A stretch of DNA of 64,000 nucleotides, taken from positions 323,764,001-323,828,000 of the forward strand of contig OZ024741.1 of the NCBI GenBank assembly GCA_964016885.1. Direction: 5' to 3'. The position numbers were made by a program, and so were the translations under genes. The notes under the pieces were generated by a model. It made no database searches. It had not been told where the DNA came from and saw only the letters and a list, made by a program, of their open reading frames with translations. Below are positions 13,681 through 29,240 of the stretch, piece after piece. This stretch comes from Eledone cirrhosa (taxonomy: Eukaryota). Position 1 is the stretch's first letter. The number at the start of each line of letters is the position of its first letter.

Positions 13681-14676
13681 ATGTTTATGTGTATATATAT
13701 ATATGATCGCGTAAAACAACAACGTTCGTGTTTATATATGTATATATCCTCATACGAATTTCCGTGTATGCGTGTTTGTTTGTATATAAATAATATAGAA
13801 ACAAACGTGTACGTGTGTGTATATATATGTGTGGATATCTGTGTGTGTATACGGGTTTTGCGCATACATAATACAAGCGTAACAGTGTGTGTGTGTCTGC
13901 GTATTTGTTGCTCTTTTCGCGCCCTCATCTCATACTTTTCTTACCGTTCTCTGTTCATTTAGAAATCATTTACCATCATTAGCTAAATATACATTTACTT
14001 CTTCTCCTCCTCCGCCTTTTTCACAACACCTCTTATCTCCGTTACCATTGCCGTCCTTATTCCCGCTTCCTCCTCCTCGTTCCACCTCCTCTCCTTTCCT
14101 CCTCCCCCTGTTCAACCTCCTCCCCGTTCTCCCTCCTCCACCTCGTCTTCATTCCTTCGCATGTCTCCGTCACCGTCCCCTCTCCTCCCCTCTTCTCCAT
14201 TCTTCATTCCCTTTGTCTCCGTCACTGTCATCCTCTTCCTCCTCCTTCATTCCCGCAAAACCCCCTCCCCTTCTCCTCTCACCGTTATGTGTATAATGAG
14301 TTGTCACTAGTATACAGAAAGAATGCAATTATCAGAGGAAAATCCTGGTTTGAAACTAGATTTAGCCCAGGCTTTGCTTACTATTGATTCTCGAAGCCGA
14401 GACAATAGAATGCCGATCTAAATTACATTATATATTATACATTATAATAATAGTATCTATTCTTCAATTGTTCCAGTTGAGATTGAACCTCCGCCGACCC
14501 GTAGGGGAAGTCGTTATTAATTTGTCAATTCATCCGTCAGTAAGTCGATAAAATAAGTACCGGAAGGATACATTTGTGCTGAAGTCCTAGGCTAAGCTAC
14601 GCTGGACTGTGTTAGCTTTATCTTCTCTCTTGCACGTTGCGTGCAGAACGAAGATGCATCTTACAATTATAGAAAC

Positions 14677-14678
14677 AA

Positions 14679-14710
<32 letters not shown>

Positions 14711-14758
14711 TTGGTAATAGTAGTAGTAGTAGAAGTAGTAGTAGTGGTGATGATGGTA

Positions 14759-14791
<33 letters not shown>

Positions 14792-14885
14792 ATAGTAGTA
14801 GTAGTAGTAGTAGTATTAGTAATAGTAGTAGTAGTAGTAGTAGTATTGGTAATAGTAGTAGTAGTAGTAGTAGTAATAGTAGTAA

Positions 14886-14926
<41 letters not shown>

Positions 14927-14992
14927 TTGGTAATAGTAGTAGTAGTAGTAGTAATAATTGTTGTAGTTGTAGTCATTGTAGTATTAGTAGTT
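14677..14992. repeat. (TAG)n microsatellite with periodic attggtaa/attagtaa interruptions
   Basis: Directly visible. Confidence 0.95.
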
Positions 14993-15099
14993 GTTTCTGT
15001 TTAGCCCCCTGCGATCAAAAGACATTTTGAGTATACGATATTTGTGTACTAATAACATTAGGTTGAGTAATATTGTCTTTTTCACAGAGTATAATTATT

Positions 15100-16170
15100 T
15101 TTAAGTAGCCACATATAAAACAGAGCAAGAAGACTATATTCAAAATCAAATTGATAAAATTCATGCCTCAGTGGAAAATAAGAAATCAGCCATGGCCTGG
15201 GATATAGTTAAATAAGTTTGAAAAAGAAAACAGGCAACAAAATCCAAACTCAAAGCATCCAGCCTAGACGAGTGCCTACATAAATGGAAGGATCATTTTG
15301 ATTACTTCCTTAGAAATTACCCACATTTTTTGACCAGCCAAAAGATAGTCTAACAGCAACTTGATGTTAAACTCGGTAAATTCTCTCAAGAGAAATTGAT
15401 CTCCTTATTCAGGACAATAAAAAGGAAAAGCAGCTTGCTTAGACGAAATCCCACCAAATGCGTGGAAAACCAGAAAGTTTAATGACATCTTGCTCAAATT
15501 ATGCAATGCAGCGCATATCAAAACAAAATTGAACTCTGGAGGCAAAGCTGCATTCTCCAATTTCTTATAGCCAAAAATTATCTGGATAGCCCAAAACTAT
15601 CTAGGAACAAGTCTTACAGATCTACAATGGCATATTACTCAATCGCATAAGACCAGACGTTGAAAAATCTTAAGAAAAAATGAAAATGGTTTCAACAGAA
15701 GTAGGTCCACATCCGCGCAGTTAATCGAGCAAATAATAGACAGAGGTAAAATGAAAGAAATACTCCTCGTAGATGGCATCCCGTAAAGAGACTGTTGGTA
15801 CCATAATGCTGCTGTATGTGAACACAAAGTGTATGGTACTTTCACCTTATGGTAACTCAAACTTTTTCAGTAAACCCTTGAAATACTCCGGCTGCTAGAG
15901 CAGGGGTTACTTTAGTTCTATTTCTGTTCATCATCTGCTTAAACTATATTCTTCATATTTCAATAGGGCTATCTCAAGAAAAAGGGCTATTTCTAGAAAG
16001 GCATATTTCTAGAAAAAAACCAAGCTAATTCAATCACTGACTTAACACTCCTCGCAGACACACATTCTTATGTGGAATCTCTTCTTCACAGCTTGGAACA
16101 ATCATACAGAGTTATTGAACTATATGTCAGCTCAGACAAAACTGAGTTCGTTGTGGAGCAGTGGTCGATG
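15100..16170 (+). mobile_element. Highly decayed RTE-like LINE RT remnant
   Basis: Remnants read as LDEIPPNAWKT and RK..NGF.R.RST amid stops and frameshifts. Confidence 0.5.
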
Positions 16171-16335
16171 AGTTCTGTCTGCATCCGTTATCTTGCCCCC
16201 TTGATGCAGGCCACCCCACCACCCGTCTCGCCGCTCAGCCAGTCTGCTAATTTGCAAATCAGGCCGATCTGTCACTGTATTTTTGAAAATAGCATATATT
16301 TTCACTAGCTCTGACAGTTTGGCAGGTGAACAGTG

Positions 16336-16381
16336 AGCTGTACTGATGAAGGGTGATGCCAGAAACATTAGTGTCTGCAGT
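16336..16381 (+). ncRNA. Minimal type I hammerhead ribozyme motif
   Basis: CTGTA-CTGATGA-agggtgatgcca-GAAACA-ttag-TGTC-TGCAG: canonical core, stem I CTGTA/TGCAG, GUC site. Followed by a tail to (TA)n that recurs at 51075-51195. Confidence 0.75.
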
Positions 16382-16616
16382 TCTATTCGCATGCCAACAT
16401 AAGAGCAAGATTGAAGTGTTCATTCTACTAAGATGGCTATACAATTGAGGCTTGTTTGCATAATTGCAAACGAATCGAATGTTATTATTGATATACGAAA
16501 CACTCACATTACATTTATTGTATTCAGCCATGTAGACCGAAATTTTCTTTTATATATATATATATATATATATATTAGAATTGGTGCTCTGAAATAGCTA
16601 TATATATATGAAAGTA

Positions 16617-16790
16617 TATATAGTGTATTTTGCAATACAATTTATGCTTAATTAAAAGCATTTCGAAGACCTTATGCTATTGTTTTAGAGTAGTGACAGA
16701 CTCACGTACTTTAATTTCAGCAAACAGGGGGAGATAAAGCTATATCTCCCCCTGTTTGCTGAAATTAAAGTAAGTGAGTCTGTCACTTAC
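16617..16790 (-). mobile_element. Family E fold-back mini-element (hairpin 16695-16785 plus tail)
   Basis: Near-perfect palindrome tgacagactcac...gtgagtctgtca; homologous in reverse to 17046-17170. Confidence 0.75.
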
Positions 16791-16828
16791 TTTAATTATA
16801 CAGAGCGATTGCCGGTCCAGCAAAAATT

Positions 16829-16902
<74 letters not shown>

Positions 16903-16997
16903 AATTTTTGCTGGACCGGCAATCGCGCTGTATAATCAGCTCCTGATTATTACTGGAATTCTATAAGAATCCAGCTTCTATAATCTTCGGCGAAAGT

Positions 16998-17056
16998 GGA
17001 GAGTACGTTGCTCTGATGATCGCTAACAGCGTGAAACAGACTGTTAGCTTCTCTCC
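16998..17056 (+). ncRNA. Type I hammerhead ribozyme motif (family E)
   Basis: GGAGAG..GCT-CTGATGA-tCGCT-aac-AGCGt-GAAACAG-a-CTGTT-AGC..CTCTCC: all three stems pair; GUU site. Confidence 0.78.
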
Positions 17057-17171
17057 CTGCTTTCGATGAAGAAAAGAAGTAAGTGACATAGTCATTACTT
17101 TAAAACTGATAGCGTATGGTTTTCAAAATGTTTTTAATTAAGTATACGGTATATTACCAAATATACTATAC

Positions 17172-17280
<109 letters not shown>

Positions 17281-18333
17281 TATATGTGTGTATGTATACA
17301 CGCACACACACATCGTTGTGACAAACAGCGACTAGTATTCTAAGATTTGCTACACTTGTCTGTGTTTATATGTAGTAAATTGGCTCACACATTGGCTATT
17401 ATTATTGTGTGAGTGAATGTGTAGCGAATTTGCTATTATCATTGGGTGAGTGTTTGTGTGAATGTATGTGTGTTTGATGTGTATAGCACCTGTATGAGTA
17501 TATGTGTGCTTGTGTGAATAAATTTATACTTGTGTGAGTATATGTGTGTTTGTGGTTTTTTCTATTTCTATTTCGTGTTCCAGCTGACAGGCTGAGGCCA
17601 TGCTTTATATTTATATGCTCATACATATAAATGTCTACATATACACACCAAAATATTATCTATGTTAGCTGCGGATAGTTTTTCCACAAAAATGTTTGTA
17701 ATAAAAAAAATATTTAACTAAAACCTTGGCTTTGTATCATTTTTATAAATGAAATACTACAATTAACCATTATCTTTGACCACACGGGGCCATCTAGTAT
17801 TATATATAAAAGGAAAGTGGTCTTTAACCTCTTAATAGCTCGGCGGATTAGTAATGAATACCGAGATAGTCTTATGATAAGGTCATTTTGTTTCAAGAAA
17901 TTTTACCGTTTTCTTTTCAATACGTAGTAATAAAACGTTTGTTTGGCACACGGCTATTCTTTTAGCCCTTCGTTTGTTCTCACTACTCTACTTCCTCAGA
18001 TTTTTCTTTTATCTTAGAGAGTAAGATAAAAAATGTGAGAATACGAGAGAAAAAGACGATGGGAAAATAAAGAAAAAAGAAAAGGCGGGGAATCATGTTG
18101 TAAAACATGTGTGAATAATCTTTCATTTCTCAAAATGTTTTCCATTCATTTGATGACCAAATATAATTATAAACATATTTAGTTTGCATTTATTATTATA
18201 TTTTCATATAAAAAATGTAATCAATAACATTTCAAATCTTTAGAAAATGACACACGGCTATTCTAATGCTTTTATTATTTATTTTGCTTGCACACAATAT
18301 ATCCATATGCCTGCAAGCATTGTATACGTTCGT

Positions 18334-18858
18334 AGGAACTACTGGCTTTTCACGGTCCCAATTTTTCTTCGTTTCTGTGTTTCATTATTTGAAGTATTTG
18401 GTATTGTTTCGTTATTTAATAACAGTTTCAAAAGAATTTTATTACAAAGAAAATATTATTATATAGGATCTCATATAATAATGTTCTGTTGCAAAAGGCT
18501 ACAAATACATCAGATTTCTAAATAACTCTAGACATAATCGTTTAAATCATTTGAGACTAAGATCTGACTTTTTAACAATTTTTGTTAGAGGGATCTTGGG
18601 AAAATGTTCTTTGATAAATGTAATTCGCTGGGAATATATGTGGCATGTAGGAATTCCAATTCCTAAATTATTTTGCACATGAAAAATAAAATTTAGCATC
18701 AATTTTGAAATTACAAAAAAGGTTAAAATATAATGAATACAAGAACCATTAAAATCAGTAGCAACAATTCTAATATTAAAATTGACTAAATAAATATATT
18801 CACAAACGAAAAAACAAAACAAAAAAAAACTGGGTACCGCGAAAAGTCAATAGTGCCC
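18334..18858. mobile_element. Possible non-autonomous DNA transposon with imperfect TIRs of about 30 bp
   Basis: actactggcttttcacggtccca versus the reverse complement of tgggtaccgcgaaaagtcaatagt; AT-rich interior. Confidence 0.45.
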
Positions 18859-19091
18859 AGGAGCCGTCAACCTATTATTTAATTTATAAAGTGACTGTTT
18901 TGTTTTATTTATTAAATATTATTTTCGATATATTTTTAGAATTTACCATTCACTTTGAGTGGAATCTTTAATAATAAAACAGACGGACTTTAATTTAAAA
19001 GTAAAGAAATTTGTCAGTAAAAACTTATTATATACAGAGAATACATACATACGTACACACAAACACACAAACACACGAACACACACCACAC

Positions 19092-19161
<70 letters not shown>

Positions 19162-19269
19162 TATATATATATATATACACACTTTCAATCGTTCTCCTAC
19201 TATATATATATATATATATATATACCCACACGTTTCTCAGTAAACATAGATATATGTGTTTATGTATAC

Positions 19270-19310
<41 letters not shown>

Positions 19311-19379
19311 AGTATGTATGTGTGTATGTATGTCCTCTATAATATATGTCATTTACTAAACAAATACATTATTCTGTGA

Positions 19380-19665
19380 AGGCGCGGGATTTTGTGATTA
19401 GGGTCTTCGGGCCATGGTCATGAGTTGTTATCTTGAGCAAGGAACTTTATTTTATGTTGCTCCAGTTTAATCAGCTGGAAAAATGTGTTGTATCTTCGTC
19501 CCAAAAAGTCGAGCGTTGTCTCACACTTTGTCATGCTGAATCTCCACGAGGGTGACATTAGCTGCACACGTGTTTGTGGAATGCTTATCCAATTGGACGT
19601 TAATCTCAAGAGTTCCGTTGATCAAACAACTGGAACACTCATCATCGAAACCGACGGAGTTACAA
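19380..19665 (+). mobile_element. tRNA-derived SINE
   Basis: gaaggcgcgg head, cttgagcaaggaactttattt core and shared 3' segment. Confidence 0.65.
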
Positions 19666-19699
19666 CACACTTTGTTCACACTGTGTTCAGACTTTGTAG

Positions 19700-21040
19700 G
19701 CTGTAGGAAAGCGCAATTTTTCGGAAATTATCAAACAACTGCAAGGCACCGGAAGATGGTGAGGTTCTAATGTAAGGCTAACAAATTCAATAAACACGTA
19801 AGTCGCTAAACATTCCAAACCCAACTCAGATTTTATGAAACAAACCCCCTAACTCTAAAGGGTTCCTATTCAAATTAAAACTTTCCAACATAATTTATTA
19901 TAATAACCATTTGTTAAGTTATGCTACAAATACAATCTTAATGTGGTCAACGTTGCATTTCATCCTCCCGGAAGCTAATAAAATAAAGTCCCATTTCTTT
20001 CATGAGAACAAACTGGATTAATGAATGCCTGCTGAAACAAAATCAAGATCTGACACACTTACTGGGAGGAAAACGATCTTAATCACCAAGGCTAAACAAA
20101 CAGCAGGCCCTAAAACCATCTTAATCACCAAGACTAAACAAACAGCGGACCCTAAAACCATCTTAATCACCAAGACTAAATAAATAGCGGAACCCTAAAA
20201 CCTACTTACTCATAATCTAATTTCCTCCAGCCTATAAAGCCTAACATCGCTGAGAATATCTGAACATCTAGAAAGAAACAATGGGCAGAAGGAATGCTGC
20301 AAAGACTCATTTTACTGTACAGACCAAAATATGGTCAACAAAGCCATAGCCGAAGACTGTACAAGCGCCCAAACATTGAAATGTATTGACTACCAAATGG
20401 CTTTTGACAGGTGGATCCTAGAAACATTAGCAATGAGTAAGATAACACTAATCATAATCAGATACATTAAACACATCATGAGTAAAGGTCAAGTAATTCT
20501 GTAGTGTCAGACAAGCGGAATTATAAAATCCAACCCATTGTCCAATAGAAGAGGAAAACTAAGGAATATTCCAAAGAGATTCAATCGTTCCAGTCCTTTT
20601 TTTATCTGACGTTAACATATTTAACCAGCATTCTTGAAAGAACTGAACGTTGTTTAAAGCCGATTATAAACCAATACAAAGGGCATGGATTTCCTAGAGA
20701 TCCGGATTAGGAAAATACGTTAAGACAACCTTGAAGTGAAAAAAAGAATTAAGAATACTACTGTTATTTCAGATAAAGCAACAGAGATAATTTCTGAAAT
20801 ACACAGAAATTAATTATGTAGACAGGAATAATGAACGCACACGTACACATACACACTCTCAGAAGATAAGCTTATTGTACACGCATTAGATTAATACTTA
20901 AGCCAGAGCTAATTACAAAATATTAGCATATGTATCAGAACACTAGCCATCTCAGTAATATGTTAGAGTGACAGTATTCTCAACTGGACACCAAACAGAA
21001 AACAAGCAAGAAAATGTATAACTGTATTTAGAGAACTTCT
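19700..21040 (+). mobile_element. Very decayed R4/Dong-like LINE remnant with a local triplication of about 40 bp (20076-20200)
   Basis: Remnants read as QK.CCKDS..C.DQ..VNKA, IDYQ.AFD and GIFQ.DS, in the same motif order as the 24.4 kb element. Confidence 0.5.
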
Positions 21041-21689
21041 ACCCCCTCACGAACGCTTTGGAGTACCGTCATGGCATACAGTGTTTCGTGGGCACTTAAA
21101 CCTACCGGAACCCATCCCTCTTCAAGTCTGAATGAACACAGCCGATTCCGTCTATAGGAATAGAAAGGAAAAAGAGAGAGAGAGGAGTGGGGAGATATAA
21201 AGGAAGAATCAACCCCAGTAATAGGTTGGTACTATATTTATTGACCGTGGCGGATGAAAGGCAAAGTTGACATCGGCGGGATTTGAACTCAGCGCGCAGG
21301 TAGCTAAAACGAATAAGGTTCTAACGACGCTGTCAATTTGCCGCTTTATATATAGAAAACACCACCCAAAATATCACAAAGAAAGTTTCTATTTAACACA
21401 AACAGAGCAAGGGGAGAGACTTATGCAACTAGTAGACTATTATAAAATATTCACTGTAGGACAAACATATTTTGTAAAGAATAATGGAAGACTAATACGA
21501 ATAGCTAGAAAGGAAACAAAAGCAAACAGAATCAAACCAAACAAAAATAATGTTTTTATTCTTTAAGGAAATCAAAATATAAAACAGAGGTTGAAACGAG
21601 AGACAACTGGGAAGAGAAAAAGCAAACAAGAATAGAAATTTTTAACATAAACCAAAATCGATACCTTAGAGTATTTAATTGCGGATATT

Positions 21690-21848
21690 TACTTCTTGAG
21701 TTCGAATCCCGCTGAGCTCAACATTTCCATTTATCTTTCTATGATAGATAAAATAAAGTACCAGTCATCTACTGGCAGCAATATAATCGACTGTTCTCTG
21801 CCCCACCCCAAATTGCTGGCCTTGTGTCTAAATTAGAAACCATTATGT
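21690..21848 (+). mobile_element. Second SINE family (MESC/Meta-type core), diverged; another copy at 21225-21345(-)
   Basis: gagttcgaatcccgc...gataaaataaagtaccag...aattgctggccttgtg...tagaaac. Confidence 0.65.
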
Positions 21849-22067
21849 AACTACAGAGGAGGTTGAGAAAGTACAAGAGAAGCAGTTGAATTTTGTATTT
21901 AAATTCCGTTGTAATCTTTTAAAGTTTTCTTTTAGGATCGATAAAACAGAAGATTTATAAAAAAACAATTTAATCATGAGGTTGAACCAGTCAATCAATT
22001 ATAAACGCCATATTTATAAATAAACGAATTTGTCTTGTTCATGTCTCCTTAATTCCTGATGGAATCG

Positions 22068-23378
<1,311 letters not shown>

Positions 23379-24293
23379 AACACACACACACACACACACA
23401 CATATATACACATGCATATATTCATGCGTACACACATGCACATACATACACGATGATGATGGCTGCAATTCGATTTCGAGTAATGCCATCGTTTGATACT
23501 AATGCATGAGCATCACGGACGTGGCTTTTTAGTCCTGCAAGGGACTTGCCTATGGCCAGCAATACCATGCTTCACAATATATGTCACATATCAAGCGACA
23601 CCTGTGCTTGAAGCTTTTTTAAGTGAGGAAAGGCGTTGCAAGGGGCCAATCCCACTCTCTAAACATCAAATAAATGCATTTGCCCCAAAAGAAAAACTGG
23701 TCTATATCATTGGATGCAAACGAAGTCGCAGGTTTTATATCAGAGTGACTTCTCCTAGAGAGATGATGTCTTAATGAAGACTAGGGGTCTCTCGTTCCAC
23801 ATACATACATACATACACTTACATACATCATGCATACATACATACATACATACATACATACATACATACATACATACATACATACATACATACACACTTA
23901 CATATATGCATATATATAGATACATATATACATACACACACACATATATATATATATATACATAGATGCATACACACTGACATTTTCACTAAAATTCATT
24001 TATGGAGCTGTAAATATATGTAAAACATTCCAGAAGTTTAGTCTGTAATAACTGCATATAGGCACATATAAAATGTTGTATTTGAGCAAATATAAATACA
24101 ACATAATGATCTCTACATGCAATAATATCCATACCTGCAGATATATACATGCAGACAGACATAATTACCTAGTTAATGTCTAAATTCCAATAAAAGAGCT
24201 TTTTTTCTATGTTAGAAACCGGGTCACTCCATTGGTGAGAAAAGATATATATATAACCAGAAGAACATACACACACAACACACACACACACGC

Positions 24294-24356
<63 letters not shown>

Positions 24357-24358
<2 letters not shown>

Positions 24359-26401
24359 AGATTGTCATAATAGACACAAAAATCTATCGATTGCTTGGAT
24401 AGATTATAAAAAAGCATTTGATAGTTTGCCATACAGTTGGATTGAAAAATGTTTAGAGATTTTCAAAATATCCCCCGTTGTCAGGAGGTTTTTGTCATTC
24501 AGTATGAAGACATGGAAAACGACACTCCTTTTGAATAGTGAAACAAAATCACTGGAAGCTGGAGAAGTTAATATTAAATGTGGAATTTTTCAGGGTGACT
24601 CTTTATCACCGCTTTTATTCTGCATCGCACTTATACCATTAAGTAAAATGCTCAATGAAACAAAACATGGATATAAAGTCTATGACAAAACCATTAATCA
24701 CCTGTTCTACATGGATTACCTGAAACTATTTGCAAAAAATGATGAACAATTGCAAGGGCTATTATCCACTGTGAAGCAGTTCAGTGATGACATTAAAATG
24801 GAGTTTGGACTGGATAAATGCGCCAAAGCAACGTTCACCAGAGGAAAGCTGCTGAAGAGTTCAGACATTAATCATGATCGGGGGAACGTGATAAGAGAAC
24901 TTGATCAAGAAAAAACTTACAAATATCTAGGTGTTTGTGAAGGAGACGGAATCAAGCACTCGACAATGAGGGAAAGGATAAGGAAGGAATGTTACCGCAG
25001 AGTAAGAGCAATCTTAAGAACGGAATTGAATGCAAGGAATAGGATCGATGCCATAAACACGCTTGCCATACCAGTAGTAACCTACAGTTACAATGTCATC
25101 AACTGGTCAAGCAGAGAGATCCGTAGGCTCGATACAAAAATTCGAAAATTCTTAACCATGCACAGAATGCATCACCCTAAGGCAGATATAGATAGAATAT
25201 ATCTCCCTAGGAAAGAAGGAGGACGTGGGTTAATCCAGTTAGACATTGCGTTGAAAACTGCAACAATTGGATTATCTACATATCTAAGGGAATCACATGA
25301 TTGGATGATCAAACTCGTTTTGAAACACGAAAGCATCAAAAAATCATATTCCATTACAAAAGATGCACAAAGATACAGTAATGGACTACAAATTTCAGAA
25401 ATCCCATTTACTGCTGAAAAGGAAAACACAGAAAAAGCAAAGCAGGTAAAAGTAACTGCAAAGAAAGAACTGCTACAGAAACTGGCTAAGAAATGGCAAG
25501 AAAAGCCTCTGTATGGAAAATACCCAGAACGAGCTAACAATTCTGATGTTGACAAAACTTTAACCCATAAGTGGTTGGCATCCTCTGGACTGAAATCGGA
25601 GACTGAAGGACTGATTATATCAGCACAAGATCAGTGTCTGCCAACAAAAAATTACCAAGCCAACATAATAAAAAATGGATGCAGCCCATTATGCCGTGTA
25701 TGCAAAAAACAACCAGAGATCATTGACCATATAATTTCAATGTGCAGTCCTATAGCTCCAACCGAATACCTAAACAGGCATGACAGAGATGCACAATACA
25801 TACATTGGATAATGTGTAAGCATTTTGATCTGCCCCATCAAAAGAATTGGTGGGAGCATCAACCACCTCCCACACTTGAAAAAGATCACATCTCAATCTT
25901 GTGGAACTTTAGCATCCAAACAGACCGAAAAATAGATGCAAATAGACCTGATATAATATTGAAGGACTTTAAAAAGAGGGTATGCCTGCTAATTGATATG
26001 TCCGTTCCAATAGACAAGAATGTATCCATAAAAACATTTGAAAAATTGAGCAAGTATAAGGACCTGGAGATAGAAATTGGAAAAATGTGGAAATTGAGAA
26101 CTAAAACAATACCAGTGGTTGTAGGCGCTCTGGGAATGATACCTAAGGGGTCTAATGATTACTTATCGCAAATCCCAGGAAACCCGCGTATAGGAGAAAT
26201 ACAAAAGATAGTACTAATGGGAACTGCCCATATACTAAGGAAGATTCTGTCAATATAAGTACATCACAAGTCTAAACACTAAAGATGCATGTGTGAGTAT
26301 GTATGTTCTTTCTTGAACATGGCGGACCTTGTTGTCTCTTGAGGTCACTGGTTGTGACTTGGTGATGACTCGTATGAACATAAAGCAAGATAAATGCAAC
26401 T
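24357..26401 (+). mobile_element. 5'-truncated R4/Dong-like non-LTR retrotransposon (RT + CCHC + restriction-like endonuclease) in (TAA)n
   Basis: WIDYKKAFDS, GIFQGDSLSPLLF, HLFYMDY (YMDD mutated), CRVC..E.IDHI..C, RHD, RPDI..LIDMSVP..EK..KY. (TAA)n at 24300-24356 and 26403-26424. Confidence 0.9.
24426..26258 (+). pseudogene. RT-RLE open frame of the R4/Dong-like element (610 aa, N-truncated, catalytic D to Y)
   Basis: Translated ORF motifs as listed for the element. Confidence 0.85.
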
Positions 26402-26725
26402 GTAATAATAATAATAATAATAATAAATTTGAAGAGGGCTCGATAAGGATAAATATATATCAGATATACCATTTACGTGGTTTTGTCTTTGCGTGTAATT
26501 GTTTTCAACGCACCAAATAATGACGTATTATCTTCGTTTTATTCCGTTATTTACGAGGGAACGTTTCCACGAACCAAAGTATCGTCTTCCTCTCTTCCCT
26601 CGGTTGCAACGTTCTTTGAAATATTTACTTCTGCGTTCACAGATTGACTTTTTTAGTTTCAGAAGATCCCGTTAAGAGTGAAAGCCGCGATTCTTTGCTT
26701 AAACTTTAATCTGTTATTTTAATAA

Positions 26726-26816
<91 letters not shown>

Positions 26817-26944
26817 CATATAAATACAACATATTGAAAAGGTAACGCACTAGAGAGAGAAAGTGTGCCATCAATAACACAGGGAAAAGTCTATGAGTCC
26901 GTTAATTTATGGTGATATATATATATATATATAAATATATATAT

Positions 26945-26993
<49 letters not shown>

Positions 26994-26997
<4 letters not shown>

Positions 26998-27192
26998 AAA
27001 AAGTATGACCCCCACGGCAGAGCTCAAGCCGTTTCGACGGCTATTTCTGGAATAGTGCAGAAATAGCCGTCGAAACGGCTTGAGCTCTGCCGTCGGGGTC
27101 ATACTTTTTCCTATTACCCACTCTACTACCCTAAGTATTGAGTACTCTGGTGCGTTATGGTCCATCTGGTTCCTTACCACATCTCCTTCGTT
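26994..27192 (+). mobile_element. Family A fold-back mini-element with hammerhead 3' half
   Basis: Hairpin 26994-27112; GAAACGGC-ttgagctct-GCCGTC at 27072-27094; tail contains gtattgagtact. Confidence 0.85.
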
Positions 27193-27503
27193 ATATATAT
27201 ATATATAATTGCAAATAGTAAAAGTAACCTACAAAGAAAGCACTACAATGAAAAAATATTTTAGTTTATCGCTTGAGTTTGATATAGTAGGATTGCGCCT
27301 TACGTTACAGTCATTAATCCTTCATCAGAAGTAAAATGTGGGAAATAGAAATGAAATAAAAAGCAAGAGAATGACAAAAGGAAGGAACAGGAAAGTTTGC
27401 GAGAAAAATTCGTGTGAATTCAGTTAGCCATTTTACGGAAATATGTGTGTGTCTCTCACCCACTCTCTCCCACACTCACTCCTTCTCTCGCTCCCCCCTC
27501 TCT

Positions 27504-27567
<64 letters not shown>

Positions 27568-27617
27568 CCTAACACCTTTCGTAACTGTACTCCTTGTTGT
27601 TGTTATTTACTTTTCCA

Positions 27618-27657
<40 letters not shown>

Positions 27658-28059
27658 AAATAAGTTGTAGCTGCCATATAGCAGGTACTATTCGAGTTGT
27701 CTGAGTGAGGCAATTACAAAGCACTCATTGGAGTGAGGAGTTAATACATTATCGTCAAGAGTATACACAACAGTTAAAAAGTGTGACACCATTATAAACG
27801 AGCGAAGGCAGCGGCCATACATATACTACTACAACGACAAACACAGAAAGATAGATACACGTTTATAGGTTACACGAATTTGGCAATGAAATCAAAAGAA
27901 CGTATGAACTAGGTAAGGATAACGAAATGAAACAACACAGTAAAAATATACAATAGAAACTAAACTGAAATTTGATAAACAGTATACTATGAAAGAGTAT
28001 ATAACATAGTATATTAGCCGATTATATGTTACATATGCTAATTATATGCCACAAAGTAT

Positions 28060-28415
28060 ATGGTCTGACGCTCTACCGATAGTGCCAAACCACCACCATT
28101 AAATAACTTGAAATAATTGTTTCTACTTTTGGCACAAGGCCAGCAAAGAGGCGTATCTCTATGCCGGAAAGCATGGCATCAGACTCTCTACCGATACTAC
28201 CAATCCGCTTGAAATAATTATTTCTACTTTTGGCACAAGGCCAGCAATTACCCCAGTGCATTATTGGTGCTTTATTAGTATTGACTCCGTAAGGATGAAA
28301 GGCAAAGTTAACCTCGGCGGGATTTGAACTCAGAACGTAAAGGGCCATAACTCTGTGTTGCAAAGCATGGCATCCGACCCTCTACCGATACTGCCAATCC
28401 ACCGCTTCAAATAAT
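28060..28415 (-). mobile_element. MESC-type SINE with partial tandem copies
   Basis: Reverse complement of the 45051-45250 SINE; ctctaccgata occurs three times. Confidence 0.75.
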
Positions 28416-28719
28416 ATAATTGTAGACAGGCTTCTGTTAATGTGGATAATAGCTGCAACAATTGCTGTTCTATATATACATGTATATACAAGCACTATAT
28501 ACATGTATATAGTGCTATATATACATGTATATACAAGCACTATATACATGTATATAGTTTTGTATATGTTGAAACTTCGTTGGGAATTGAACTGACGACC
28601 GTGAAATCGTGAGCCCAAAACCTTAAATACTACTCCACCACTAACAGACAGACAGGCAGAGTGACAGACACATTATGAATATTATGTTCCTCCTATTGTA
28701 TTGTATATCTACGCCATCT

Positions 28720-29240
28720 TTATTTAATCTGTTTATTTATTTATTTATTTATTTTTGTCTTCTTCTCTGCGCATGCGTTTGCGTGTGCGTATAGTGTTTG
28801 GTGTGTGTTCGCGTTTGGGTGACTGTGTTTTGGTTATTGTACTCTATCTTAGTTTACTAGTGTGTGTTTGTATGTGTTTGTTTGTTGTTATTGTGCTTGT
28901 GTATATATTTATTTATTTATTTATATTTCTCTTAGGTCAGTATTGTTTGTTTGGGTGTTGTTATTCCATTCATTTTTTCTGTTTAGCTTTGGCCTTCTAA
29001 GTTCTATTTCACTTGCCTCTTGCCTATCTGCTGGGTCATTTCTATGTTGTCTATGTTACCGTCATGTTGTTGTCTGGCGTGTTCATATATATGCACAAGC
29101 ACAATAACAACAAACACATACGCGAACACACCCAAACGCGAACACACACCAAACACTATACACACAAGCAAACGCATGCGCAGAGAAGAAGACAAAAATA
29201 AATAAATAAATAAATAAATAAATAAACAGATTAATAAATA
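28720..29240. repeat. Inverted repeat of about 100 bp (28720-28820 versus 29128-29235)
   Basis: tttgtcttcttctctgcgcatgcgtttgc... versus ...gcaaacgcatgcgcagagaagaagacaaa. Confidence 0.8.

Noticed and set aside
13889-14296. Proline-rich ORF
   Set aside because: Degenerate (CCT)n low-complexity tract.
14560-14660. Possible minus-strand exon beside the (TAG)n tract
   Set aside because: Splice signals are weak and it overlaps a SINE remnant.
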